DNA of 64,000 nt from Phoronis australis (Eukaryota; Animalia; Phoronida). Position numbers and translations under genes: made by a program. Positions 11,705 through 23,210 of this stretch are shown piece by piece. Location: the NCBI GenBank assembly GCA_002633005.1, contig NMRA01000393.1:56706-120705 (forward strand), written 5' to 3'. Below the pieces are notes generated by a model. It was not told the DNA's origin and searched no databases. It worked only from the letters and a program-made list of their open reading frames with translations. Position 1 is the stretch's first letter; the number at the start of each line of letters is the position of its first letter.

Positions 11705-12064
11705 TGTCACAGTGGCCATTTTAAGTACCAAGTACGGTATCAATTCTCACAGCGGCCATTTTATGAGCAGAGTACGGTATCAATTGTCACAGCGGCCATT
11801 TTATGAGCAGAGTACGGTATCAATTGTCACAGCGACCATTTCATGAGCAGAGTACGGTATCAATTGTCACAGCGACCATTTTATGAGCAGAGTATGGTAT
11901 CAATTGTCACTGCAACCATTTTATGACCAGAGTACGGTATTAATTGTCACTGCGACCATTTTATGTGCAGAGTACGGTATCAATTGTCACTGCGACCATT
12001 TTATGAGCAGAGTACAGTATCAATTGCCACTGCGACCATTTTATGAGCAGAGTACGATATCAAT
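11705..12064. repeat. 40-bp minisatellite, about 9 copies
   Basis: Unit ttatgagcagagtacggtatcaattgtcacWgcgRccatt. Confidence 0.95.
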
Positions 12065-12335
12065 CAATAATGAATTAATGTTATTTTTTTCCAAGCCCAG
12101 AAACCACTCCTTCCTGAGTGATGAACACGTTGAGATTCAATTTATAGCGGTAAGTGGCCTAAAATGAAAGTTAAGTTTCTTTGACAAAATGTTAGTGAAT
12201 AGACAGAGTTGAGGAAATGATGGTTCAAGTTTTATTGGATTATTGTAAATGTATGCAAGCAGGTAGCAATTCATTGACACTAGGAGGCGATCCTAGAAGA
12301 TAGCAATTGATTGACAACAGGTATACGAGTTCCGT

Positions 12336-12464
12336 GTTTAACAATCTCAACAATCAAAGGTGAGTTACCTGTTTAACAGTCTCAACAATCAAAGGTGAGT
12401 TACCTGTTTAACAGTCTCAACAATCAAAGGTGTGTTACCTGTTTAACAGCCGCAACAATCAAAG
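12336..12464. repeat. 35-bp tandem repeat (about 3.5 copies) spanning the ATP6AP2 exon 6 donor
   Basis: caatcaaagg at 12351, 12386 and 12421; each unit contains minus-strand CAG|GTAAC. Confidence 0.9.
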
Positions 12465-12588
12465 TGCGTGCCTCACCAGCTTGTGCTGACTTCTCACCAT
12501 ACTTAGAGACAATCTTCTTATAACTTTTGATTTTGAAAACGAACACATCAGGACTGCTGTCAGAGACTTTGTTCCTTTGTTGTTTCAA
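12439..12588 (-). CDS. ATP6AP2: ATP6AP2 exon 6
   Basis: LKQQRNKVSDSSPDVFVF...KYGEKSAQAGEARTLIVAAVKQ resembles the D.SPD...YGEDS.Q...A block; 150 nt. Confidence 0.92.
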
Positions 12589-12863
12589 CTGAAATATACA
12601 ACATTTTGAGAAACTCAATCAGGTTATGTAAACATCACCTGGTGGTGAGGTGAGGACAGGTTACCATCAATCTGAACTCAGAGGTCAATTATCTCTGAAA
12701 CAAGACAGGAAAAGACAGATTCCATAGCTACCATCAGGCATTATTACCAGACTTTAGGTGTTGCTTTAGTTGCTTTTAAACATGTCTCATATTAGTTTGA
12801 AAATGCAAATGCTTGGTCCTGTCTAGTGTGTGCAGTCTCGCTTCAAGTTAATGGCACGTTAAT

Positions 12864-13015
12864 AACATGTTCATATTGTAACAAATTTGACTACTTACAA
12901 TCTTCGTCAAATGACAACATGTTCAAATTGTAACAAATTTGACTACTTGCAATCTTCACCAAATGACAATATGTTCATACTGTAACAAATCTGACTGCTT
13001 ACAATCTTCGTCAAA
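12864..13015. repeat. 52-bp tandem repeat x3
   Basis: aaYatgttca...tgtaacaaat..gact..tt.caatcttc at 12864, 12916 and 12968. Confidence 0.9.
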
Positions 13016-13049
13016 GAATGCCACCATGATCTTTCTTAAAAACTGGTCG

Positions 13050-13620
13050 TCATTCAAATGCTCATAATGGTTATCATTGAGATACTGATTGTCATTGAGA
13101 TATTGGTTATCATTCAGCTAGTGGTTATCACTCTGGTACTAGTTAATATTATACAGATATTGGTTAACATTCAAAGATTGGTTATCATTCAGATATGGGA
13201 TAATATAATTCAGATGTTGGTTATCATGCAGATATTGGTTATCGTCAAGATATTGGATAATATCATTCACATATTGGTTATCATGCAGATATTAGTTATC
13301 ATACAGATATTGGTTATCATTCAGATATTGAATAACATCATTCACATATTGGTTATCATGCAGATATTAGTTATCATTCAGATATTGGTTATCGTGCAGA
13401 TATTGATTATCGTACAGATATTGGTTATCATGCAGATATTGGTTATCATTCAAATATTGGGTAATATCATTCACATATTGGTTATCATGCAAATATTTGT
13501 TATCATTCAGATATTGGTTATCGTACAGATATTGATTATCATGCAGATATTGGTTATCATACTGATATTGGTTATCTAACAGATATTGGTTATCATGCAG
13601 ATATTGGTTACTATCAGATA
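13050..13620. repeat. 18-bp minisatellite with 21-bp variants, about 30 copies
   Basis: Unit cagatattggttatcatK; explains the QILVII-repeat ORF 13058..13579. Confidence 0.95.
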
Positions 13621-13625
13621 TTTAC

Positions 13626-13739
13626 ACTGTAGGGCAATGCATGCAGTTGATGCAGCTCTTTGAGAAACTGGTCATCCCCAGCTTGTTCATACTTTAGGCT
13701 CTTTACATCAACCTTATCTATACTGTCCATGTGCTCCAC
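13626..13739 (-). CDS. ATP6AP2: ATP6AP2 exon 5
   Basis: VEHMDSIDKVDVKSLKYEQAGDDQFLKELHQLHALPYS carries the D..FL.EL..L motif; 114 nt, AG/GT borders. Confidence 0.88.
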
Positions 13740-13970
13740 CTATGAACAAAAGAACATCACTACAGTTATGACAGAAACACATGACCATATTTCAAATTTT
13801 ACAACAAGAGGAATGCAGAATGTTTTCATGGGTAAACTTGGTGCAAGGCAAACCACAGTAAATTGGGTTCATGAAATAAAATTGGACTATTTAATAAAGA
13901 TGGACCAAATGGTTAACTATTCGGCACGTTCTGTGCAAGCAGCATCAACAAGACAATTGCACATGCAATT

Positions 13971-14033
13971 TGATGAGACAGCATTGAAACTGATGAAACA
14001 GTATTGAACTTGATGAGACAATATTGAACTTGA
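13971..14033. repeat. 20-bp tandem repeat x3
   Basis: tgatgaRacaRYattgaa at 13971, 13991 and 14011. Confidence 0.8.
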
Positions 14034-14054
14034 AAAGTGAGATACTCTACTTAC

Positions 14055-14141
14055 TGCCTCCTCTTCACTGTTCATCACTAAGGAGTTGGGAAATGTGTAC
14101 TGGACAACTTTAGCAACAGTCTCCATGGAAAAAGGAGTATC
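14055..14141 (-). CDS. ATP6AP2: ATP6AP2 exon 4
   Basis: DTPFSMETVAKVVQYTFPNSLVMNSEEEA (compare vertebrate PFSLDSVANSIHSLF); 87 nt, donor GTAAGT. Confidence 0.9.
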
Positions 14142-14335
14142 CTGAAATATATGAAGAATAGCAAGAATTATGAGAGCACTTAATGGTAAACAGGACTGGT
14201 GTTGATCTTTCATGGGATTACATACACACTCTCTGAGCATTATAAATATGTGTATGTTCTTTACAGGCATGTGGCTGATAGTCAAACTCAAGACAGTTAC
14301 AAGTCTCACAATAGATGTATGTTTTACAGTGAAAC

Positions 14336-14617
14336 AGTTCACTATTGACTGCAGAACTGAAGACGTAGTGCTTCACAATATTGACTGCAGAACTGAAGAC
14401 ATAGTGCTTCACACTATTGACTGCAGAACTGAAGACATAGTGCTTCACAATATTGACTGCAGAACTGAAGACATAGTGCTTCACACTATTGACTGCAGAA
14501 CTGAAGACATAGTGCTTCACAATATTGACTGCAGAACTGAAGACATAGTGCTTCACACTATTGACTGCAGAACTGAAGACGTAGTGCTTCACACTATTGA
14601 CTGCAGAACTGAAGACA
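14336..14617. repeat. 36-bp minisatellite x8 with mostly alternating variants
   Basis: Unit aMtattgactgcagaactgaagacRtagtgcttcac. Confidence 0.95.
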
Positions 14618-14643
14618 AAATAAGATTCGAGGTTTCACAATAC

Positions 14644-14784
14644 CTGCTGTCCTAAATCAACGGCATATTTTCTTGCATATTCTAATGGTATGGCTTTCTC
14701 ATCAACCCCTTCAATCGATAACAACAGATTAGCCTTTGGGCGATGAAAAATGTTGCCACTCTGTAACCCATTCCAAGAGAAGTC
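14644..14784 (-). CDS. ATP6AP2: ATP6AP2 exon 3
   Basis: DFSWNGLQSGNIFHRPKANLLLSIEGV is the conserved W.GL..GN.F.RP.A block; 141 nt. Confidence 0.95.
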
Positions 14785-15242
14785 CTGCAACAAATTAAAC
14801 AGTAAATAGTTAAAACAACAGACTTTCACTTGAATTTTACCTGAGAAAATCATGCAATTTTATATTTTCAATTTCAGGTGAGCTTAGACGAATTTAATTC
14901 ACATAAATCAGAACGAGGACAATTGCAGACACTAAGAAAAATGCACCATGATCGCAAATCAGCCGCCATGTTGTACAACTTAAAATATGGACAACTGGAA
15001 GTGAAAACTTCCTCCAAATTAGTGCTTCTGTACAGGGCAAGTCATAGGTGCTTCTGTACAATGTAATGCTATTTTAAATAATGTACATTTTGTGAAAATA
15101 ACCAACCTCAAAAGTGGTACAAAATTATTTTCCCAAAGTGGTGTGGGCTATGAAACACTGTATGACAACAAATATTGAACTAGGGCAAAACGGAGACAGT
15201 TCAAGACCAAAGCACAGCTGCTGATGGCATAGTTCTACTTAC

Positions 15243-15370
15243 ATCTGAGTGTTTCAAGCCCAACATTGTCAAGATCAAGTCAGGGACAGCGTAGAGAGAC
15301 AATGGCTGACTGGTGGCTTGTAACTTTACATATTCTGGGAAGTGAGTCATATACAGCTGGACACAGAATC
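15243..15370 (-). CDS. ATP6AP2: ATP6AP2 exon 2
   Basis: FCVQLYMTHFPEYVKLQ...VPDLILTMLGLKHSD; acceptor ttattttcAG, donor GTAAGT; phase 1/0. Confidence 0.88.
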
Positions 15371-15632
15371 CTGAAAATAAATGGTTTCAAAAATTCAATT
15401 GAACATGCCAAAGAAAATAAATTACATAGATGCGCTGAGATGGTCAATTTTCAAGTTCCAGTATGCAATCTGCAACCTTGAGTGACACCCATTTTATATC
15501 TTGAGAAATAAAACAAAACAAAACCAATCTCATGTACCAATTGTAGTTGAAGGGTCACGTGTTCACAAGGTAGGTGCAGCCACCTATTGTTAGTACAAGG
15601 CACTGCAGCTTCACCCTTTGTGAGAAGGAAAA

Positions 15633-15787
15633 ATGGGGTATCCAGGATTTTGAGTTGGGGGGGGCAGAGCAGAGTGTTAGCCAGGATTTTGCCAGTAAGA
15701 CATTCGCACCCCCAAACTGATAAATAGAATACAGAATTTCAGGGGGGCCATGGCCCCCTTGACCCCCCTCCCTTAAATCCACCACTG
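15633..15787. mobile_element. Short hAT-type MITE-like element (GC-rich)
   Basis: ggggtatccaggatttt...ggggggccatggccccc...aaatccaccactg; degenerate termini. Confidence 0.45.
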
Positions 15788-16224
15788 GGTATCATTAGAC
15801 ATCTGATTATGAATAGCTGATGGACATTCTTATTCATTCAAGTTGGATGTACCATACTTGATGCACAAATTACTAATCAGAACTACTGACTGACTCCCAT
15901 GAAAAATTGCACAATAGAAAAAAGTGTATTTGTACCATAGGGAAATGCCATTGGACTAAACTGAGCAGTGTATGAACATCTAGTGTCATGAGACAGATAG
16001 GATGTAGACAGTATCACATTTAGAGATACTCTTTCCTCAACATTCACGTATTTACAACACACGGTGACTGTGAGTTTCGTCAGTCGAAAGATATCCCTAA
16101 AATATAAACACTTCGTAAATTTCAATCCTGTTTGTGTTTGCCTCACTTCAAAATCTTTAAGAAAGTGGACAGTGTTTCCACAGACACCTCAATACTCTCA
16201 TCAAGATGCTGTAAGAGGTTTAGG

Positions 16225-16307
16225 AGATACAGCTGCGGACGCCAGACGACGGACGCCCAGACAGAGACGACAGCAATACACGACCACAAATATGTGGGCG
16301 CATAAAA
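16225..16307 (-). mobile_element. 5' fragment of the HINE family found at 44-53 kb
   Basis: Minus strand ttttatgcgcccacatatttgtgg...gcgtccgtcgtc matches the HINE 5' end. Confidence 0.65.
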
Positions 16308-17698
16308 TTGTGATTTCCCCCAAAAAGTATAATACTTTCAAAGTGGCAGCACTCTAGATGATTTCGAGCCAAATTCCACTGTTAAGTGATTCAAGTTTGC
16401 TCCCTTGGCACTGAATACATGACTTAATATGGAAAATCAGTCAGCCACAAAATGTCACATGACACTAACGTTTGCTTTCCTAGCGCTGAATGCCTGCCAT
16501 ATATATGGTTGTCACTTCAGCTTCGGATGTGAGCAAAGGTAAGAATTTGGCTTTTAAAACTACCACCAAGAAAAGAACAGTTGTTTTGAAGAATTGTTTC
16601 ATAGTAGCATAGTATGACTGAGGTTGACTTTAGACAGTAAGTTTCCATTTCAAAAACCTGATCATTTTGAATGCACTGGAATCCTATTAAAGTTGTATAT
16701 TTGGACGAATAAAAAATTTTAAACATGAAACTGCGTTCAACATAATGAATACAAAATTCATTTGTCTCCTGAACTTGACCGAATAATCGTGGATAGCGGA
16801 GATCCAAATAAGTCCCAAATAGAGTGGAAAACAAGTCTGATATACATAAATATAAAGATACCACTGTTTGAAACTCGGCCAGAACCAGGCACTTTTTCTC
16901 TGTGAAGGCATCCAACATGGACACCAAAAAACGTGGTGCATGCAGACTACTACTAACGGAGGCTAGCTCAAGTTGTACAGAGGGACCATGTAGCCTCCTG
17001 GGTTTGAACATGGGGCGGATGAAGAGGAGACTGACATGATGTGGAATTCCAGGAGTGGATGATTCCACAGAATTTATTGGGCTTCCTTAACAGACAATAA
17101 TACAGCTGCAGAATTCATTTCCACTTACATTTACCAAAAAGACAGTAGTAAGTCTTCACCATAGGGAGACAAAAAATTGTAGTCAACTATATTGGCCAAC
17201 AAATATAATGGACACTCGATCACTCAATACTTTTTCAAGTAACTGAAGGAACAAATAGTTACTGTGAAATTATCCGAGTGGTTGCCTTGACAAGGCTAGA
17301 ACATGATGTGGGACAACCTGATTTTTCACAATAATCCATTGACCAACTTGCCAGCCTGGCTGTGATACCAGTGCCATTGTTCTGTATAGCATTAAGATTG
17401 CTTAAGTGTAATGGTTGAAGAGGCTGCCTACGGTGCGTGTTGCCTTTTCAACTTTCGTTCAGTGTTATTTGCTTGGTACTCGTTGCCTGTGCAGTAGTGA
17501 AATTCTGGGCAGTGATGCAATACATTGCTTGGGATGCAGGTGTAAGCTATACAGGTCCCCTGTCTCTTGGCATGGCTGGCAGTAGCCATCCAGTTAGCTG
17601 TATGAAGACTGTCGTCAAACTACAGCTAGGTACCACTGTGTGTTAATCTTCCATACACCCCCGTATTGCACACAGCCACGGTAAAGATCTGCTCGTCA

Positions 17699-17825
17699 CA
17701 GTATACAGCTTTGTATCAAGGCAGATGGGTCAGTATACAGCTTTGTAACAAGGCAGATGGGTCAGTATACAGCTTTGTACCAAGGCAGATGGGTCAGTAT
17801 ACAGCTTTGTACCAAGGCAGATGGG
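17699..17825. repeat. 32-bp tandem repeat x4
   Basis: cagtatacagctttgtaNcaaggcagatgggt at 17699, 17731, 17763 and 17795. Confidence 0.95.
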
Positions 17826-18229
17826 TGGCCTCTCCTCTGTTCTGTATGTTTCCGTTTGACCTCGAATCTCGATCAGACTGTGTTTAATCTTCAATTTCGT
17901 TGCCAGAATCAATGGCGCTTATTTCGACCTTTTAGAACATACCTCTAGTATATCATAATATAAAGATGTTAGTATTGTGTAACCTATGCCATTGACAAAG
18001 CTATACAGAGAGGGCTCGACAGTAACCATTTCGATGTAGGCCTACAGCCACAGGATTGATTCGGTGCCACCGGCTATTGCCGAGTATATGGCACGACCCA
18101 TCACGGTGTTCGTACACACATTTCATTAGGTCAAAGCAGAATTGAACAGTATATATCTTCTTCTTCTTGGTTTAAGTGACCACACTCTCTCCAGAGTATT
18201 ATAACCTTAACAGCAGCTTTGAAGCTTAC

Positions 18230-18278
18230 CAGTAGAGACAAGCTGAAGAAAAACCAGCGACCGTATACACACGAACAT
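18230..18278 (-). CDS. ATP6AP2: ATP6AP2 exon 1, signal peptide
   Basis: ATG at 18278, MFVCIRSLVFLQLVST-G, donor G|GTAAGC at phase 1 matching exon 2. Confidence 0.8.
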
Positions 18279-18299
18279 CCTTGCCGTAAATCCAAAAGT

Positions 18300-18560
18300 G
18301 CCACTGATAAGGTAAGTACGTAGCCTAGAAAGTTAGTACAAGATCTGCCGCTAGGTAGCAGCAGCAGTGAAACAAAATGACCAATCAAAGTAGAGTACTG
18401 TCAGTAAGTATCTCGCATAGACCAATTAGATGATTCGACATAAAATTGGCCAACCAAAATTCAATAAATTTAAACAAATGAAAGGACTTGATTCAAAGAC
18501 TATATCGTACTCTTTGGTCTAGCGAGAAGTTGCGGTGAGAAGTCACATGATCCAAAGAAA
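18300..18560 (-). promoter_or_regulatory. Putative ATP6AP2 proximal promoter: three CCAAT boxes and an M-box
   Basis: CCAAT at 18381 and 18422, ATTGG at 18445, TCACATGA (TCATGTGA on minus) at 18543-18550, all 100-270 nt upstream of the ATG. Confidence 0.45.
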
Positions 18561-19518
18561 CATCCTGTTTGGTAATGAGAAAACAGTGGGAATTGTTGTA
18601 CTTTATGTCAATTAGTACGTGTTCCAGGAACAGTAATATCATATCGAACGCATTTATTAAAGACACGTTACATGTAACAAATTGACTTCTGGATAATTCT
18701 AAAAAAGTTCTATAGTTGGGATTCTCTGGGTGCCTTTTGAAGCTGCCCTGCTTATTCTCCCTAGGCAGCAACATAAATGACAAAAAGTTAACGTAAGTAT
18801 GCGACGAAAATGTGCCATTTTGTTGAAATGGCAAGTTAACGCTTTTACAAACACGTAGTACAGGAACGTCTTAAATCAAAGAGAGGCAAGTATGCTCGTA
18901 ATCCAAATAACGCACACTGGAGTGTGGAAGTGAGTACAATTTAGGCTACTTGATATGACAGAGAAATCGGCAAATTGAACGCGAGTGAATGCCGAGGCGG
19001 CGTGGTTGTTCCGTCCGGAGTCAGACTAGCAAGGGCACATGTGTCATGCCATGGCTTGGACCGGGTAAACTACTGGTTTGTGACTCTGTGTGATTCCGCG
19101 TTTGCAATTAACCAACACATTGGCGGCGGACCATATGGGGCGGGGGTATAACCCCCCAATNCCCCCCCCCCCCAACCCCCCACACTGACGTAAACCGAGC
19201 TACACACGTTAGACCACGTCCGAGACTGGACGATACTAGCCTTTGCCGGTGCCGGAATGTAAAGGCTACGGTAGCAGAAGTAGGCCTAACATATGTTACT
19301 ATACCCACGTTTTTTTGGGCCCTGAGTCACAGCATTCATGGAGGCACCAATACCATTATGTATACATGTTCTACGGCCACTTTTGGGGCCCCGCGATTAC
19401 TACATTTTAGAGGCACAAATACCATGACGTCACGTATTTCTACTGCTATGGAAGCAATGACCGCCAGGTGATGCGAAGGGATTTTGAAAATTTGTGTTCG
19501 TGGTGCCACGCCGTTTTC

Positions 19519-19643
19519 AGTAGGCTAGGTTGAAAGTTGTGGGACACTAATAGACGGTGAGTAGGCTAGGTTGAAAGTTGTGGGACACTAATAGACGGTG
19601 AGTAGGCTAGGTTGAAAGTTGTGGGACACTAATAGACGGTGAG
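19519..19643. repeat. 41-bp perfect tandem repeat x3
   Basis: agtaggctaggttgaaagttgtgggacactaatagacggtg at 19519, 19560 and 19601. Confidence 0.95.
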
Positions 19644-19743
19644 AAAAATGTAGGTGTCAGTGCACACAACAACCACGGCCGATAAAAGTACAGAGGCCGA
19701 CCAAGGCGCCAGTGGCAGGTTTCATGAAACAAAGAGTTCCAAC

Positions 19744-20116
19744 TAGGGACTCGACCAAGTTCCCTAAATCTATCGCTTATTTGTGGAGTTGTAAAATACA
19801 TATTTTCCTTTCTTATACTGTTTTAGTTTCATTTCTAAATCAGTGTTTGACTTTGATACAAATCGAGAGGGAACTCTACCCTGTATTTTCAATATTATCG
19901 AAAATAAATAGGAATCTTTTGATGCAGCGCCCCTATTGTAAGGAGTAAGTCTCTGTTTATTTTCACCTAACTCAAGGCTCCAGTTTCTATATTACAAAAT
20001 ATGATTAGTCCTAGAAGACAGCTCATAATAAAGATGAAGGTTAAGAAAGTGTTACATCTGTGAATAAAGAAAGACACAAATACGCAAAATATTTAGGAAA
20101 CTTGGTTGAGTCCCTA
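19744..20116. mobile_element. MITE; related partial copies near 24145-24320 and 32410-32610
   Basis: TIR tagggactcgaccaagttccctaaat / atttaggaaacttggttgagtcccta. Confidence 0.7.
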
Positions 20117-20849
20117 TTTGGGACCATTTTATGCAACATTGATTGTTTTAACCATTCGTGAATGTACAGTTTGAGTTTTCTTAAAATGCGAAGCGAGGAA
20201 ATCTTCAAAACTTAAATTTGGACAGAATGTATGTATTTGGCAATGGTAGCACTATTTGTATCGTAATTGCCACGTGTGCGGAGACCCTGATTAGCGGATT
20301 GTGAATTAACTTGACCATCAACTACATGTAGCGTTGCCCAATGGACAGCAGTCTCATCACTTAGACAACACTGGTTAGAGTCAAGGCAACCTATATGAAG
20401 AGACAGGGCCCCCAAATTTTTAACGTGAATTACGTAGGCCCGAGCTGCCTACATACAAATCACATGGCGGCGTTAGCCTAGGCATTTTAAGAAACTAATT
20501 CATGTGAAATAAAATGGCCCATCGGAGTATAGGCCTTTGGGAGTAAGAATTGCGTCTTTGCTCGGAATTGGTCGCTACTAAACTTGAAAATCTTCGGAGT
20601 AAAGGGCCTTGGAGTAACAACCGGACTGCAATATCCATCGATAGTTGCTGTGCCGCATATTTTGATGTTGTGTCACAAATCTTTTCGGGAGGTTTGATTG
20701 GTTGTGAACTTCGCGGGCTTATTTCGGGCAAAGCTGCTGAATGTTTGTGAATGGAACCATCGGCATACTGACAGAGAAACAAAACGATACCGAACTTACA
20801 ATGACTTTGTTGGTTCGGGGAATCTCGGGCCAGTTATTGAATCCCAAAC

Positions 20850-21500
20850 TCCGTCTGCGAGATTTAAAACCAGAGTGCTCTTAGTTGTTATTAAAGGTTG
20901 CTTGCTGCTGTGTCAAAGCGCTTAGAAGACTATGAAATTTGCAGAGTATGTTTGGAACACGTCGAAAACTGCAAACTTTACAGCCAACGAAATTGCAAGA
21001 GTGTCAACTAATCCCGTCAACAGATATCCTCAAGACTTGGAGGAAAGTCTCCATGAACTTCTGAAAACTGTTCTAGATAGTCCTATTGGCAGCCAAAACA
21101 GCCAAGATACAGTAGGGGTGCAAATATATCGGTTGATAACCGACAGGGATCTGGAGCAGTGTTTAAGCTTCAGCAAAAAAATGTGCTGGCCGGCGAGCCA
21201 GTTACTTGAATATGAGACCACATTCACATGGGTCTATATATGAAAGTTTACTGGCCCGGCTGCAAATCTACTGGCCGCGGGCCAGCATGTATTTCGAACG
21301 CTGGTCTGGAGCCTTGTTTTCCAAATGTTGAAATCGTCTTAAAAATTCACCAGTCTCTCATGGTTACTAATAGCTGCGGCGAACACTCATTTTAAAACCT
21401 TCTCAGAAGCATCATGGGACGACAAGATTGAACAGCCTGACCCTGACGTGTATTTAACATGAACGTTTACTTGACATTGACGCTTCATCTTCAATTGACA
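20850..21500 (+). pseudogene. hAT transposase C-terminal remnant (dimerisation domain)
   Basis: FPNVEIVLKIHQSLMVTNSCGEHSF*..LRSIMG..RLNSLTL at about 21318-21450 plus upstream YPQDLEESL; stops and frameshifts. Confidence 0.8.
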
Positions 21501-22599
21501 GTGTCATTAGTGTGAAAGGCAGATATTTTCATACTGACACCGTTATTAATGCGTGGTTGCAAGTTTTCCTGCTCTCTTAATTTCACGTCCCAATTTTTAT
21601 GAACACGTCTGAGAAAAGAAAACACCATCGCACGATGTTTCTGTGTGTGTGTGTGTGAACAATTCTCCATTAGGCTGGACTTGGAAACAGATGTCTCGCT
21701 TTTTTATTTTGGAATGTTGACAACTGTGGGATAACTATGCGTGTAGAAAGTGAGCTCGAAAAAAGGCACCCATTTCAGGGCTCGACGTCAACTCGCCAAA
21801 TGCGACCTGGCAAAATTTTCAGGTCGGCAAACGGGAAATGAGCTCGCCAAAACAGGGAAACACCGCATACGTAGTTGTGAAAGACATGGCCCTCACAAAC
21901 AAAGCTTACTTGGCAACAGTCTAAAACGAAAAAGTGATATCTCAATTAAATTGAAGAACTGACGAACTGTGTGCAGATGTGCGGCGGAACTCCCGAGAAT
22001 GCCCGGGCGGTCATTTTTAGTCGAAGGGAAAATTACGGGTATATTGTATGCGGTCAATTTCCTCATGGGACCCCAAAAACCCGCACAGGCTTACGTCTTA
22101 TGTAAAAAGACCAGACGACCACGACACCTGTTGTGTGCACGAGTAATCTCTGGGCTCGGGAAGAATTGACAGTTCCTTGTTAGTAGTGACTAGAAGGGAC
22201 TAGCAGTCACTAGTAGTGCGTTTACTTGATGTCATATAAAAACAAATCGATGAATACAATATTGAATTAGAGAATGCTCTGAATGATTTCACAGCCCGCT
22301 GATCCCAGGCTCAATTAGCTTCATGGCGTGAACGTTTCAGCTCAGACTCGTTTCATTTGTAACCAGTTTTACGTTGTTGAAGTGTAAATATACGTGGGAA
22401 CTAGACAGTTGTTTTGTTCAACGAGAACGTGGTATATAGCCACTTCAACAAGACCCATAAACCTGGCCAATTCACTTCGAATGTTCGTCTGGCGGCGAAG
22501 CGCTGCGGCACTGATCTGATGTTAGTGAAACAGAACCTCCGTGTTTTGATCCGATCTCATTGCATAGGTGTATTTAGCCACTTTAAAATTATTTAGTTA

Positions 22600-23210
22600 A
22601 AGCTAATATCGACAATATACACCAAACTGACAAACATATTAGCAACACACAATGAAACAAAACTAGGTGTAAAATGTGTAACTTCATCAACGATAGCACT
22701 TTCTTCCACTCTTCCCAAATTAATGAATACTTTGAAATAAAACATTATTCTGATTGCACCACCAACAATATTATTTACCTTATAACTTGTAAAAAATGTT
22801 CTATCCAATACGTAGGACAAACTCAACGTAATCTACAAACTCGGTTTCGTAATCATAGATTTAACATAATACAAAAAAACATTTCTGATACTATAGGTAA
22901 TCATTTCAATTCCAAAACCATAATATTCAAGATCTTTCTGTACAAATAATAGAAAAACTCCCAACACCCCAGTACCCCTCACAGACTCAAAAGAGAACAA
23001 TATTGGATAGACAAGCTCAATGCAATTGAACCTCATGGATTGAACATAAAACTTCTTAAAATATGTCATTCAATTTTTTACGCAAAAATGTATCATATTC
23101 ATTACACCATATCTTATATGTCAATTGTCATATAGTGTTTGATTTTACTTTATCTCTGTTTCTGTTTCTGTTGACAAAGGAAGTTATTACATCTGAAAAT
23201 TTCAGTTGAC
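22600..23210 (+). mobile_element. Penelope-like element 3' end: GIY-YIG endonuclease pseudogene and pLTR
   Basis: RCKMC...CTTNNIIYLITCKKCSIQYVGQT...RFRNH...IGNHFN, then frameshifted REQYWIDKLNAIEPHGLN. Confidence 0.9.
23168..23205 (+). ncRNA. Minimal hammerhead ribozyme-like motif with variant core (UUGACAA)
   Basis: ctg-TTGACAA-aggaag..catct-GAAA-at-TT-cag just 3' of the GIY-YIG ORF, the expected pLTR position; stem II imperfect. Confidence 0.55.

Larger units (their letters stand above)
9461..18278 (-). other. ATP6AP2: ATP6AP2 gene span, 8 coding exons, 990-nt CDS, 329 aa
   Basis: complement(join(9461..9655,10883..11008,12439..12588,13626..13739,14055..14141,14644..14784,15243..15370,18230..18278)); all introns GT-AG, frame continuous from ATG to TAA. 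Confidence 0.93.

Noticed and set aside
12639-12694. Possible extra ATP6AP2 exon (good minus-strand acceptor and donor)
   Set aside because: Stops in all three frames near its start; the model is complete and in frame without it.
13058-13579. 173-aa hydrophobic ORF resembling a membrane protein
   Set aside because: Translation of the 18-bp repeat, antisense within ATP6AP2 intron 5.
14212-14655. ORFs with IDCRTEDIVLH / KHYVFSSAVN repeats
   Set aside because: Translation of the 36-bp intronic repeat.
16517-17068. 183-aa minus-strand ORF in ATP6AP2 intron 1
   Set aside because: Non-ATG start, no recognisable motif, not needed for the gene model; probably repeat-derived.
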